Source: Malacoraja senta | Lineage: Eukaryota | Direction: 5' to 3' | Assembly (NCBI GenBank): GCA_038087875.1 | Contig: JAXLNO010000408.1 | Span: 62,001 to 124,000 of the forward strand | DNA length: 62,000 nucleotides | Shown: one piece after another, positions 61,757 to 62,000 of the stretch | Layout: each line of letters begins with the position of its first letter | Numbering within the stretch: the stretch's first letter is position 1 | Translations under genes and position numbers: made by a program | The notes under the pieces: generated by a model | Told to the model about the DNA's origin: nothing | The model's database searches: none | Seen by the model: only the letters and a program-made list of their open reading frames with translations

Positions 61757-62000
61757 GGGCTGCCAACTCTCTCGCATTGAGCGTGAGAATCATTCATTTC
61801 GCCAAATTCTCACGCTCTCACGCTGATCACAAATTTCTCACCCTTTGTCGTGAAAAATGTCTGTGATCAACAAGAATTTCAAAACTCATATCAACTGCAT
61901 GGGCCACGGGTGTTGGAGAGCTGGGCTGAGGGAGGGATGGAAGCAGAGCAGCGGCAGGAACAGATGCGGACGGGTGAGCCGCGGCTGGCGAGTGTTTGCC
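61757..62000 (+). mobile_element. Possible hAT-type MITE left end
   Basis: Starts CAGGGCTGCCAACT; the other end is outside the window. Confidence 0.35.

Overview
This is repeat-dense vertebrate genomic DNA, not prokaryotic. HER1/CR1-type LINEs and HE1-type SINE pieces suggest a cartilaginous fish, probably a skate or ray (inference). There are two 200-N assembly gaps. Recognisable host genes are the last three coding exons of TOX4 (+, 23769-25882) and exon 2 of NOP10 (-, 59059-59199). Between them lie two tandem, disrupted copies of an LRRC15/GP5/CPN2-like LRR gene with a Thr/Pro/Val mucin stalk; in one copy the stalk is a ~4.5 kb 33-bp VNTR. The rest is mobile DNA: many CR1 LINEs (one young, nearly intact ORF2), L1s, a Vingi/Ingi-like fragment, an ERV LTR with a tRNA-Pro PBS, and BEL/Pao, hAT/CGGBP-like and Penelope remnants. 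There is also a teleost-like tRNA SINE, a 3.5 kb segmental duplication and a ~2.8 kb tandem triplication. The three most notable observations: (1) a Tx1-clade retrotransposon whose 5' end is exactly nt 1-56 of a U1 snRNA, with compensatory stem changes, but sitting outside any U1 gene; (2) a family of non-coding GC-rich retroposons with target-site duplications, divergent bodies and one conserved hairpin; (3) the LRR-mucin gene pair. All family assignments are from reading the sequence and recalled motifs; no database search was run.
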